Below, one piece after another: positions 25,772 through 34,459 of a DNA stretch of 64,000 bases (positions are counted from its first letter, which is position 1; each line of letters begins with the position of its first letter). A model generated the notes under the pieces. That model ran no database searches and was not told the origin of the DNA. It saw only the letters and a list, made by a program, of their open reading frames with translations. The translations under genes and the position numbers were made by a program. The stretch lies in assembly GCA_001778055.1 (NCBI GenBank), contig MFFY01000061.1:515-64514 (forward strand), read 5' to 3'. Source of the stretch: Candidatus Falkowbacteria bacterium RIFCSPLOWO2_12_FULL_45_13. GTDB taxonomy: Bacteria > Patescibacteriota > Patescibacteriia > Patescibacteriales > GWC2-42-12.

Positions 25772-27340
25772 TTATTTCACGTAAAATTCTTTTTTTATTT
25801 CTTCATCATCTTCCATTTTTTTCTCTTCAATTTTTTCTTTGGCTTTTTCCCGTAATTCTTTTAAATCCATTTTATTTAGCTCCAAGCTCCGCGTCTCCAA
25901 ATATTTTTGATCATTCAATTTTTGATCTTCAATCACTTCCGACAGCAAGACGTCCAAAATCGCCCCAATTTTCGGCCCAGGCGCTATACCCAACAGTTTC
26001 ATCAAATCATCGCCATTGATGGCGAGCATTTTTACCGACACCGCATCATGCCTGACCTTTTCCATCATATATTCCAGATGCCTTAACTTATACGGCTTGG
26101 CTTTGGGCACGCCCGAGCCCAGACGATCGGCGACGCGCAGGGCAATCAAATCGGCCAGATTCTCTTCGCCGACTTTTCTAACCAGGCGCCTGACCGAGCT
26201 CTCGGTCACTTCGCCCACATTATAATAAAACATATGGTTTCTGACCAAGCTGGTCACTTTTTCAATATCCTGGCCGGCAAACTTTAACCGGCGCATGATT
26301 TTTTCCGTCACCCTGGCGCCGATGATGTCATGGTTATAAAAAGTCGCCTCCTGCCCCGAACTGATCCGCTTGGTTTGCGGCTTGGCAATGTCATGCAAAA
26401 GCGAGGCCAGTTTAACCTGCCACTTTTTACTGGGAGTATGCTTCAGAGATAGCACACTATGGTTAAAAACCGTATAAATATGATGCCGATTCTGCGCCAC
26501 ACCCACGCCGCGCTCCAGTTCCGGCATCAGATATTGAAGCAATTTAAATTCATGAAGCATCATGATGCCTTCATAGGCTTTATCCGTTTCTAAAATTTTA
26601 ATAAGCTCGTCGCGCAAGCGTTCGCCGGAAATAAATTTAATACTACCGGCCATTTTAACTATGCCTCTCTCGGTTTTCGGCTCAAGCATAAATCCTAATT
26701 GGCAGGCCAGGCGCACCGCGCGCATCATGCGCAAAGCGTCCTCTTTAAACCGGTCTTCCGGCTCGCCCACGGCGCGGATTACTTTCTTTTTCAAATCCTT
26801 CGCGCCGCCAAACAAATCAATAAGCTCGTAACTCGCATCTCGTAACTCATAACTCTTTTTATCCCGCATTTGAGTTACGGGTTGTGAGTTGTGAGTTATG
26901 AGCCGCAACGCCATGGCATTAACCGTAAAATCCCTGCGGCTCAAATCTTTTTCCAGACTGTCCTCAAACCGTACCTGGTCCGGATGCCGGCGGTCGCTAT
27001 AACCTTGTTCAGAACGATAAGTTGTTACCTCGACAACGTCTTCCGCTTCTCCGTTAGCCGGCTTTACCGGCACTAAAACCGTACCAAAGTCATTTTTATA
27101 TTTGCCGTCAGGAAAAATTTCCAAAATTTTTTCCGGCCGCGCGTTGGTGGTTACGTCCCAATCTTTCGGCTGCCGTGCCATTAACAAATCACGCACGCAA
27201 CCGCCCACGATATAGGCTTCAAAACCGGCTTGCTCCAGTTTTTCCACGATATTTTTAATATAGTCGGGAGTTTGCATTATAGCAAAAACGGCACTATCAT
27301 TAGCGCCTAAAATTATTATGATTACAGCTAAAATATACAA
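25772..27340 (-). CDS. cca: CCA-adding tRNA nucleotidyltransferase / poly(A) polymerase family protein with C-terminal HD domain
   Basis: 522 aa. GGCVRDLLM and DWD (NTase motifs), RRDFTVNAMAL, and a C-terminal HD region. It carries an in-frame palindromic insertion. Confidence 0.85.
   Translation of the reverse strand: MYILAVIIIILGANDSAVFAIMQTPDYIKNIVEKLEQAGFEAYIVGGCVRDLLMARQPKDWDVTTNARPEKILEIFPDGKYKNDFGTVLVPVKPANGEAEDVVEVTTYRSEQGYSDRRHPDQVRFEDSLEKDLSRRDFTVNAMALRLITHNSQPVTQMRDKKSYELRDASYELIDLFGGAKDLKKKVIRAVGEPEDRFKEDALRMMRAVRLACQLGFMLEPKTERGIVKMAGSIKFISGERLRDELIKILETDKAYEGIMMLHEFKLLQYLMPELERGVGVAQNRHHIYTVFNHSVLSLKHTPSKKWQVKLASLLHDIAKPQTKRISSGQEATFYNHDIIGARVTEKIMRRLKFAGQDIEKVTSLVRNHMFYYNVGEVTESSVRRLVRKVGEENLADLIALRVADRLGSGVPKAKPYKLRHLEYMMEKVRHDAVSVKMLAINGDDLMKLLGIAPGPKIGAILDVLLSEVIEDQKLNDQKYLETRSLELNKMDLKELREKAKEKIEEKKMEDDEEIKKEFYVK
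26825..26902. repeat. In-frame palindromic element (GAGTTATGAG / CTCATAACTC family) inside cca
   Basis: ctcgtaactcgcatctcgtaactcataactc...gagttacgggttgtgagttgtgagttatgag. It encodes RLITHNSQPVTQMRDKKSYELRDASYEL between the conserved NAMAL and IDLFGG. An intergenic copy lies at 49264-49356. Confidence 0.7.
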
Positions 27341-27365
27341 TAAAATAAATTAAAAGTCAAAAAAA

Positions 27366-27395
27366 ATAACTTCGGATATCCGAAATTATTTTTTG
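27366..27395 (-). terminator. Rho-independent terminator hairpin (ttcggatatccgaa) with flanking U/A runs; likely terminates the hydA transcript
   Basis: aataacttcggatatccgaaattatttttt. The stem plus T-run reads as a terminator on either strand. Confidence 0.6.
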
Positions 27396-27545
27396 TGCTA
27401 AATATCTTAAATTTTTTTAAATTTGGCGAAGAGCAATAATATAGTATAAATTAACGTTTCTCTCGGGAAATTTATATTGACCAGGCAGGTTTTCCATATT
27501 ATTAATTTTATAAAAATATTCTTCTTACTTCTGACTTCTTACTTA

Positions 27546-29501
27546 CTAACTTCTCTTTTTGTAGGTGGTATATAAAACGGTTTTTTCCAATTTCCCCTGC
27601 TTTTTTAGCCAACTTAAAGCCCCGATTGCTTCGTCGTTCTCGTGCGCTCTTCTTATTTTGCTAGCGCCGTCAATTTTATACAAAGCGGCCAATCTTTTTT
27701 TTCTTATTTCGGCCGTGGTGGGAATCGGCTGGCCGCCACCGCCGATACAACCGTCCGGGCAGGCCATAACTTCAATATAATCAAAATCTTTTAATTTATC
27801 TAAGATCGGTTGAATACTGCCAATGCCGTTTACCACCGCCACTCTGACTTTTTTTCCGCCCATCTCCAAATTTGCCGTTTTTACTCCTTCCTGACCGCGG
27901 ACATCTTTAAATTCAACTCTCTGGATCTCGGAATCGCCAAACCTGATTTTAGCTTCTAGGCCCAAATCACGACATACCCGGTCTTGGGCCGTGGCCATCA
28001 AATAAGCGGCGGTCCTCAGGGCTGATTCCATTACGCCTCCCGTGGCGCCGTAGATCGCGCCGGCTCCGCTCGCCGTCCCAAGTGGATTATCCGCCCGTTC
28101 CGCTTTCAAACTTTTAAAATCTATCTTATTTTTCTTGATCAACCAGGCTAATTCGCGGGTAGTTAGGCAATAATCAATCGGCCAATCGCCTCTGATCTTA
28201 AGTTCTTTGCGGCTAGACTCAAACTTCTTGGCCGTACAAGGCATGATTGACACGACCACGATGTTCTTTGGCTTGATTTTTCGGCCCGAGGCCGATCCGC
28301 CTTGGGCGGACATTTTCTCGGCCCAATAAGTTTTAATAATGCCGGCGCTATGCATCTGCGGACTGCGCGCCGTGGTCATGTTAGGAATTAAGTCGGGACG
28401 GAAAAATTCCACATATTTTATCCAGGCCGGGCAACAGGAGGTAAACATGGGCAAATTAGAAATTGGCGTGACCTTACCAAATTTCAAATTTCTAATTTCT
28501 AGTTTCTTGTCTTCATGGTTTAATAACCTCTCTCTTATTTTTAATCTCTCAATTAACTCTTCCGCCTCAACAATGGTGGTAACGTCGGCGCCGAAATTAA
28601 CGTCGAAAACGTAGGCGAAACCCAATTTTTTCAAAGCCGCCACCACCTGGCCGGTCATGACCCTTCCGGTTTCAACGCCAAATTCTTCGCCAATGCTGAC
28701 CCTAATAGAAGGGGCTATCTGAGCGACCAATACCTCGGACTTGTTTTTAAGCGCTTTCTCCACGAGGTGCCAATCGGCCTGCTCCTGCGCCGCCCCGACC
28801 GGACAATGCAAGGCGCACTGGCCGCAATAGATGCAATCGACCTTTCTCCTGTCCGCTTTGGCGAAAGCGAAAACGCCCTTTTCCGTTACCGGTACAATTT
28901 CCTGAGCCACGCCCTTACCCCTTAGTTCCAGATAATTTATTTTCTGCAAATCATTGCAGGCCTCCAGGCAATTCCGGCAATCAATGCATTGGCTAGAGTC
29001 AATTTCCACGGCATTGGCGAATTTATATGTTTGCCTCTTGCCTTTACGATCTTTAAATCTGCAAATTTCAATTTTATACCTTTCGGCCAATTCCAGCAGC
29101 TTGCAGTTAACCCGCCAAATGCAAGTCGGGCATTTTTCAATATGCTCGGCGAATATCAATTCAATATTTAAATTGCGCGAACGTTTGACTCTGGTCGTAT
29201 CGGTTTTTATTTCCATGCCGGCTTTGACTTTTGTATCGCATGCCGTCACCAGCCTGGCCTGCGCCGACTTCGGCGCCTTCATCCCGAAGTCAGGCCGAAG
29301 AGAGCTCGGTTGAACCGAGTCCGCCGAATACGCCACCTCTACCACGCAAATCCGGCAATTGGCTTTAACCGAAAAATCAGGATGATAACAGAGATTAGGC
29401 AACATCATGCCGTTATCTTGAGCCACCCGCATGATAGTCGCGCCTTCATCGCAGATGATTTCTTTGCCGTCTAAATATATTTTAACTTTTTTATCAGTCA
29501 T
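27546..29501 (-). CDS. hydA: [FeFe]-hydrogenase catalytic subunit (HydA/HndD-like) with N-terminal 2Fe-2S and multiple 4Fe-4S domains
   Basis: 651 aa. H-cluster motifs L1 TSCCPAW, L2 MPCTAKKFE, L3 EVMACPDGCIGGGGQP. N-terminal NuoG-like 2Fe-2S domain (CRICVVEV) and ferredoxin-type CxxCxxCxxxCP motifs. Confidence 0.9.
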   Translation of the reverse strand: MTDKKVKIYLDGKEIICDEGATIMRVAQDNGMMLPNLCYHPDFSVKANCRICVVEVAYSADSVQPSSLRPDFGMKAPKSAQARLVTACDTKVKAGMEIKTDTTRVKRSRNLNIELIFAEHIEKCPTCIWRVNCKLLELAERYKIEICRFKDRKGKRQTYKFANAVEIDSSQCIDCRNCLEACNDLQKINYLELRGKGVAQEIVPVTEKGVFAFAKADRRKVDCIYCGQCALHCPVGAAQEQADWHLVEKALKNKSEVLVAQIAPSIRVSIGEEFGVETGRVMTGQVVAALKKLGFAYVFDVNFGADVTTIVEAEELIERLKIRERLLNHEDKKLEIRNLKFGKVTPISNLPMFTSCCPAWIKYVEFFRPDLIPNMTTARSPQMHSAGIIKTYWAEKMSAQGGSASGRKIKPKNIVVVSIMPCTAKKFESSRKELKIRGDWPIDYCLTTRELAWLIKKNKIDFKSLKAERADNPLGTASGAGAIYGATGGVMESALRTAAYLMATAQDRVCRDLGLEAKIRFGDSEIQRVEFKDVRGQEGVKTANLEMGGKKVRVAVVNGIGSIQPILDKLKDFDYIEVMACPDGCIGGGGQPIPTTAEIRKKRLAALYKIDGASKIRRAHENDEAIGALSWLKKQGKLEKTVLYTTYKKRS

Positions 29502-29588
29502 AATCAGTCATGTTTTTGCAAATTCATAATTGCCTAACAAATCAACGAATTAACTACGAATATCACGAATAATATAATTGAAAAATAA

Positions 29589-30668
29589 TTATTTTAGTAT
29601 TTGTATATTCGTTGTAAAATTCGTTGATTCGTTAGCCTGGTTGATTTGTGGGTAGACATTCTTTAAAAAGCTTCTGATCGGCACAGGCACCGAGCAGCCC
29701 AGGGCGCAAACCGAAGTATCGGCCAGATTGTCCAATAAATTATTAAACAAGACCCAGTCGGTTTTTCCCGCCAGAAAAACCTCGCCCAATCTAAAAGTTC
29801 CTTCGCGGCAGGGCGCGCATTGCCCGCAAGATTCGCTCATAAAAAAATTAAGCCAAGACTTAATGATTTTTTTATAATTATTCTTTGTGATGCTGTAAAT
29901 AGTGATGGAACCCGCGCCCTGAACCGATCTTTTTAACTGTCGGCTATTTAAAACTTCGCCGGCCGCGCCGCCGCCACATTGGACAAAAAAAGGAAATTTA
30001 GGATAATTTTTTGTCGCTTTTAATATTTTCTCAATGCTAAAACTTTCCGGCAAATCATAAACTCCCTCCCGCGGGCAATCGCCGGTCAGGCTGTAAAATC
30101 TTTTATTTTCATATCGATTGGCTTCAACCAGGCTGACATTATAAAAAGTTTCAACGTTATTCACTAAGGTGGGGCAGCCCCACAGGCCGGCGGTGGTGGG
30201 AAACGGCGGTTTTAACCTAGGCTCGACCCTTCGACCTTCAATGGCGTTTAAAATCGCGCTTTCCTCGCCGCCGATATAACCGGCGTTCGGCGGCTTAACG
30301 AAGATTTCAATAACAGAAGATTTCAACAGAACGGTTAATTTTTTTTTCAATTTTTTATTATAACCGTAGTTTAAAAATAAATAACCTTTTACAACTCCCT
30401 TGTCCGCCGAGGCTTTAGCGTAGGCGGATAAAAAATCAACGGCGATTTTCATGCCGTTAATCACCTGATCCGCGTGATGCTCTAAAATATAATCATCTTT
30501 GATCACGCCCGGTTCGCCTTCAGCCGCGTTACAGACCACATAGCATTTTTTTTCGCCTGCTTTATCCGCCAGAGCCTGAGCGACGGCAGACCACTTTTTC
30601 GCCACCGGAAAGCAGGCGCCACCGCGCCCGACCAGACCGGCTAGTTTTATTTTTTCCAGGATATCCAT
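29589..30668 (-). CDS. NuoF-like NADH-binding FMN flavoprotein subunit (hydrogenase HydB/HndC-like, short form)
   Basis: 359 aa. GLVGRGGACFPVAKKW, YVVCNAAEGEPG, GYIGGEESAILNAIEGRRVEPRLKPPFP, PTLVNNVETF, ESCGQCAPCREG. It lacks the N-terminal NuoE-like and C-terminal ferredoxin extensions of full HydB. Confidence 0.8.
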   Translation of the reverse strand: MDILEKIKLAGLVGRGGACFPVAKKWSAVAQALADKAGEKKCYVVCNAAEGEPGVIKDDYILEHHADQVINGMKIAVDFLSAYAKASADKGVVKGYLFLNYGYNKKLKKKLTVLLKSSVIEIFVKPPNAGYIGGEESAILNAIEGRRVEPRLKPPFPTTAGLWGCPTLVNNVETFYNVSLVEANRYENKRFYSLTGDCPREGVYDLPESFSIEKILKATKNYPKFPFFVQCGGGAAGEVLNSRQLKRSVQGAGSITIYSITKNNYKKIIKSWLNFFMSESCGQCAPCREGTFRLGEVFLAGKTDWVLFNNLLDNLADTSVCALGCSVPVPIRSFLKNVYPQINQANESTNFTTNIQILK

Positions 30669-30906
30669 GACAAAAAATTTAAAGTTGAAAAATCAAAATG
30701 AAAAATGACCATGTAAAATTTAAAATTATTAATTCAGACATTTTTCATTTTAAATTGTCATTTTACAATTTGCCTGCCTCGCTCGCCGTTTTATTGTTTA
30801 TTAATCATAAATGTTCGTTAGATATTATCAGCGATTATTAACAGACAAATTAACGCGAGGCGGGCCGGGGAGATTTACATTTTGCATTTCTAAACAAAAA
30901 GATAAT

Positions 30907-32034
30907 TTACAACAACTTCTTTTTTCCAATATACTCGCATAAATCCGCCAATCGGCAGGAATAGCCCCACTCGTTATCATACCAAGCGATTATTTTCAAA
31001 AGATCGCCGTCAATAACCTTGGTTAAAGGCAAATCAACGATGGCGCTGTTTGCGTTGCCGATAAAATCGGAAGAAACCAGCGGTTCTTCCGTTACCGCCA
31101 CGTAACCTTTATAATCGCCGGCCGCGGCTTTTTTTATCGCTTGATTAACCGCCTCGGCGGTAACCGATTTTTCCGTAAGATACACGATATCGCACAAGGA
31201 CACCACCGGCGTGGGCAGGCGCAAGGCCAGGCCATCAAATTTTCCGGCCAGCTCCGGAATAGTTTTAGCCGTGGCTTTGGCCGCGCCGGTCGTGGTCGGC
31301 ACGATATTTAGGCCGGCCGCGCGAGCTCGGCGCAAATCCTTATGCGGCCCGTCCACTAAATTTTGACCAGCCGTATAAGAATGCGCGGTAGACATAATGG
31401 CCTTTTTAACGCCGAAATTGTCTCTAACTATTTTCGTTACCGGAGCCAAACAATTGGTGGTGCAGGAAGCCATGGAAATAATTTTGTCATCTTTAGTTAA
31501 ATCTTTTTCATTAACCGACAAAACAATAGTTTTAATAGCCTCTCCCCCTGACAAGAGGGAGCTGGAGGGGGTTTTTTCTTTAGCGGGCTTGCCCGCCGTA
31601 GCTTTTTTATCCGCCAAAGCCTTGGCGTCGGCGGAAGCGGAGGCGGGCGCCGACAAAATCACTTTTGTAGCACCGGCTTCAAGATGCTGTCCGGCGCCAA
31701 GCGCGTCCAGAAATCTGCCGGTGCATTCCAAAACAATATCCACCTTCAGTTTACCCCAGGGCAATCTGGCCGGCTCTTTTTCCTTGAGCACCCGATATTT
31801 TTTACCGCCAACCATCAAATTATCGGCTTCTGCCGCAACTTTTTTTTCATAAGTTCCATAACAGCTATCGTGCTGTAAGAGATGCGCCAGCGTCTTGGTG
31901 TCCGTCAAATCATTTATTGCCGCCACATTTATCCCCTTTTTATTTAACAAGGCTTTAAAAGCGGCCCGGCCGATCCGGCCGAAGCCATTGATGGCGATGT
32001 TCACCCCGTTAGATATTGGCATATATTTTTTCAT
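30907..32034 (-). CDS. gap: Glyceraldehyde-3-phosphate dehydrogenase (type I) with an internal insertion of about 30 aa
   Basis: 375 aa. INGFGRIGR, active site ASCTTNCLAPV, WYDNEWGYS. The Ala/Lys-rich insertion ...ASADAKALADKKATAGKPAKEKTPSSSLLSGGEAI is encoded partly by the palindrome at 31541-31572. Confidence 0.95.
   Translation of the reverse strand: MKKYMPISNGVNIAINGFGRIGRAAFKALLNKKGINVAAINDLTDTKTLAHLLQHDSCYGTYEKKVAAEADNLMVGGKKYRVLKEKEPARLPWGKLKVDIVLECTGRFLDALGAGQHLEAGATKVILSAPASASADAKALADKKATAGKPAKEKTPSSSLLSGGEAIKTIVLSVNEKDLTKDDKIISMASCTTNCLAPVTKIVRDNFGVKKAIMSTAHSYTAGQNLVDGPHKDLRRARAAGLNIVPTTTGAAKATAKTIPELAGKFDGLALRLPTPVVSLCDIVYLTEKSVTAEAVNQAIKKAAAGDYKGYVAVTEEPLVSSDFIGNANSAIVDLPLTKVIDGDLLKIIAWYDNEWGYSCRLADLCEYIGKKKLL
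31541..31572. repeat. In-frame palindromic element (C5-TGACAAG-AGGG family) inside gap
   Basis: tctccccctgacaagagggagctggagggggt. Nearly identical core to the eno copy. Confidence 0.7.
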
Positions 32035-32243
32035 GATCTCCGCCAGACCCTAATATCTAACGGGGTTCATATTTTTTAGGTTAAAAGTTATGAAATTATT
32101 ATATCATATTAAAGCCCACTTTAACAAAGGTGATCGTTTTGTCCCCCTTCCAAAGTCCTTAATTTATGTCCAGCAAATTAAATAATTTTTACTTAAATTA
32201 CAATAAAAAAAACAGCTTCAAGCTGTTTTTTTTTCCGCTCTAA

Positions 32244-33152
32244 CTATCTTATCGGCTTTACTTTCCCCGCCTCCACCTCAACCACACCGCCCGTCTCGCC
32301 GTTGCCAGCTTCAAAGAAAACGCTGACAGTCTGCTTTAAGATATGCTGGGCCACTACCCGGCCCTGCCGGCCTTCAAATTTTACTTCGCTGTCCAGGGGC
32401 GGTAATTTCTCGGCCAGCTTTTTATAGCCCGCCTCTTCAAAAGACAAACAGCACATCAGCCGGCCGCAAACGCCGGAGATTCTTTCCGAGCCGCGGTGCG
32501 CGCATTGCTGCAACTCGGCCATTTCCGAAGTTATGGAATTAAGCTCGCCCAAAAATCGCCCGCAGCATAGCGGCCGACCGCAATGGCCGAAATCGCCGCA
32601 GTGCCTGGCTTCATCGCGAATGCCGATTTGCTGCAATCTTATATTGCGGCCGAAATACTTAGTCAGTTCTTTAACCAGCTCCCTAAAATCTATCCTGGAA
32701 TCGGCAATGAAAGGGAAGGTGATCCTTGAATCGTCAAACGAATAATGCACATCCACCAATTTCATGGGCAATTGATGTTTGGCGATAACCATTTTACAAT
32801 AATCAAAATCTTCTTTTGACTGCTGGGCGCTTGGCAATTTCTCCAAATCGGCCGTGGCCGCTTTACTTATAATTTTTTTTATTTCACCCGGCGCCGGGCT
32901 GGCTGAAGGAGTTCGCTCCGCCTTTGTCCCGATCCCTGGAAAAAGAGCGTCTGCCGTGCCGGCCGGCATTTTGGCCGGCTTCAGCGAATCGGCACCCGCA
33001 ACCGGCCAATCAGTAAAGCCCGTCACCTTGCCCAATTCCAAGCCCAGTTCAGTTTCAACGATCACCTGGTCGCCAACTTCCAAAATTAAATCAGCCGGAT
33101 CAAAATTATACTTCTTGTCCCAAGGGGCGAATTGTACCTGGGCTACCTTCAT
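32244..33152 (-). CDS. PSP1 C-terminal domain protein (RicT/YaaT-like); the ORF is open up to 33230 but the likely start is MKVAQVQF at 33152
   Basis: VVETELGLELGKV N-terminal region and Cys clusters CGDFGHCGRPLCCGRFL and GVCGRLMCCLSFE match PSP1/RicT. The extended N-terminus overlaps MITE-like copy C. Confidence 0.65.
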   Translation of the reverse strand: MKVAQVQFAPWDKKYNFDPADLILEVGDQVIVETELGLELGKVTGFTDWPVAGADSLKPAKMPAGTADALFPGIGTKAERTPSASPAPGEIKKIISKAATADLEKLPSAQQSKEDFDYCKMVIAKHQLPMKLVDVHYSFDDSRITFPFIADSRIDFRELVKELTKYFGRNIRLQQIGIRDEARHCGDFGHCGRPLCCGRFLGELNSITSEMAELQQCAHRGSERISGVCGRLMCCLSFEEAGYKKLAEKLPPLDSEVKFEGRQGRVVAQHILKQTVSVFFEAGNGETGGVVEVEAGKVKPIR

Positions 33153-33162
33153 AGAATAGCAA

Positions 33163-33326
33163 TTGTCATTGCGATGATGCAGCTCCAGTTTCTTAAACTG
33201 GGGCTGGAGACGAAGCAATCTCACGAACATCTAAGCACAAAGTACTAGGCAAAAGGAATTTTTAGTACAAGCAAGATATGCGTGAGATTGCTTCCCCCGG
33301 CTTAAGGCCGGGGTCGCAATGACAAT
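33163..33326. repeat. MITE-like structured repeat, copy C (between tsf and the PSP1-domain gene)
   Basis: Termini gtcattgcga...tcgcaatgaca and internal gaagcaatctcacg...cgtgagattgcttc. The central segment differs from copies A and B. Confidence 0.65.
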
Positions 33327-33341
33327 CAAAAATTTAAAAAT

Positions 33342-34193
33342 TTACAAACTGTACCTAACAAACTTTTCTGCTTTCACCCCGCCCAAAATATCTTCAACGC
33401 TCTTCTTGTCGTCCTTAATATACTCCTGTTTAACCAAGCAAACTTCTTCGTAAAATTTATTCAACTTACCGGCGATAATTTTATCGATCATATTTTCCGG
33501 CTTGCCTTCTTTCAGGAGTTGCGCCCGATAAATTTCTTTTTCTTTGGCGATTTCCCCCGGGCTGACATCTTCGGGTTTGATATATTTTGGATTGGCGGCC
33601 GCGATTTGCATGGCCACATTATAGGCTAAACTGCTTTGTCCGGCTTTATCCAGGGCGGCTAAAACGCCGATTCTTCCGCCGGCATGCGTATAACAGGCCA
33701 CCGTTCCGGCGGACGACAGAATGTCGTACTTTTTAATCTCAAGTTTTTCACCGATGGTCCCGCTTAAAGCAGCCAACCTCTCTCCAACAGTTTCTTCTCT
33801 ATTTAACGGAGTGTTACCAGACAAGCTAACCATATAATCACTTAACTTTATCCGGAGCAATTCTTTTTGGCTTTTTGGCTTTTTTGTTTCTATAATTTTC
33901 AAGACTAAATCAGCGAACCCTTTAAATTGTTCGTTCCGCGCCACAAAATCAGTTTCCGAATTCATCTCTAAAATGTAGCCTTCATTCCCCGCTTTATTTG
34001 TATCAACCAGAATCACGCCTTCGCCGGCCTCGCGATCGCTTCTTTTGGCCGCTTTGGCAATGCCCTTTTTTCTTAAAATTTCAATGGCTTTTTCAATTTC
34101 GCCGCCGGCTTCGTCCAGGGCAATTTTACAATCAGCCATGCCTGCCCCGCTCTTTTCTCTCAGCAATTTTAATAATCGAGATTTATTTTCCAT
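33342..34193 (-). CDS. tsf: Translation elongation factor Ts
   Basis: 283 aa. N-terminal UBA-like LLKLLREKSGAGMADCKIALDEAGGEIEKAIEILRKKG and dimerisation domains. Conserved rpsB-tsf gene order. Confidence 0.95.
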   Translation of the reverse strand: MENKSRLLKLLREKSGAGMADCKIALDEAGGEIEKAIEILRKKGIAKAAKRSDREAGEGVILVDTNKAGNEGYILEMNSETDFVARNEQFKGFADLVLKIIETKKPKSQKELLRIKLSDYMVSLSGNTPLNREETVGERLAALSGTIGEKLEIKKYDILSSAGTVACYTHAGGRIGVLAALDKAGQSSLAYNVAMQIAAANPKYIKPEDVSPGEIAKEKEIYRAQLLKEGKPENMIDKIIAGKLNKFYEEVCLVKQEYIKDDKKSVEDILGGVKAEKFVRYSL

Positions 34194-34459
34194 ATGTTTA
34201 TAAATTTAATTATTATTTTAAAAGTAAAAGAAAAGTTGCGGGGACTGCCCCGGTTCTTTCTCGCAATATTTTTAATTTCTCCATAAAATTCTACAATTAA
34301 ATAAATTTTTAGGACTTACGCGGTTGACTGAACGAAGGTTTTTCAAACGCATAAGTTCTAATTTTTATAAATTTCGGAAGTTTGCTCCCCCGAGTCAAAC
34401 GCGAAATTGCGAAGTTTATAGGAATTGATGGAAGTTTACTATTTTATTCATCAAACAAT

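Noticed and set aside
28339-29313. Plus-strand ORFs of 60-119 aa inside hydA
   Set aside because: They are antisense to a very well supported hydrogenase gene.
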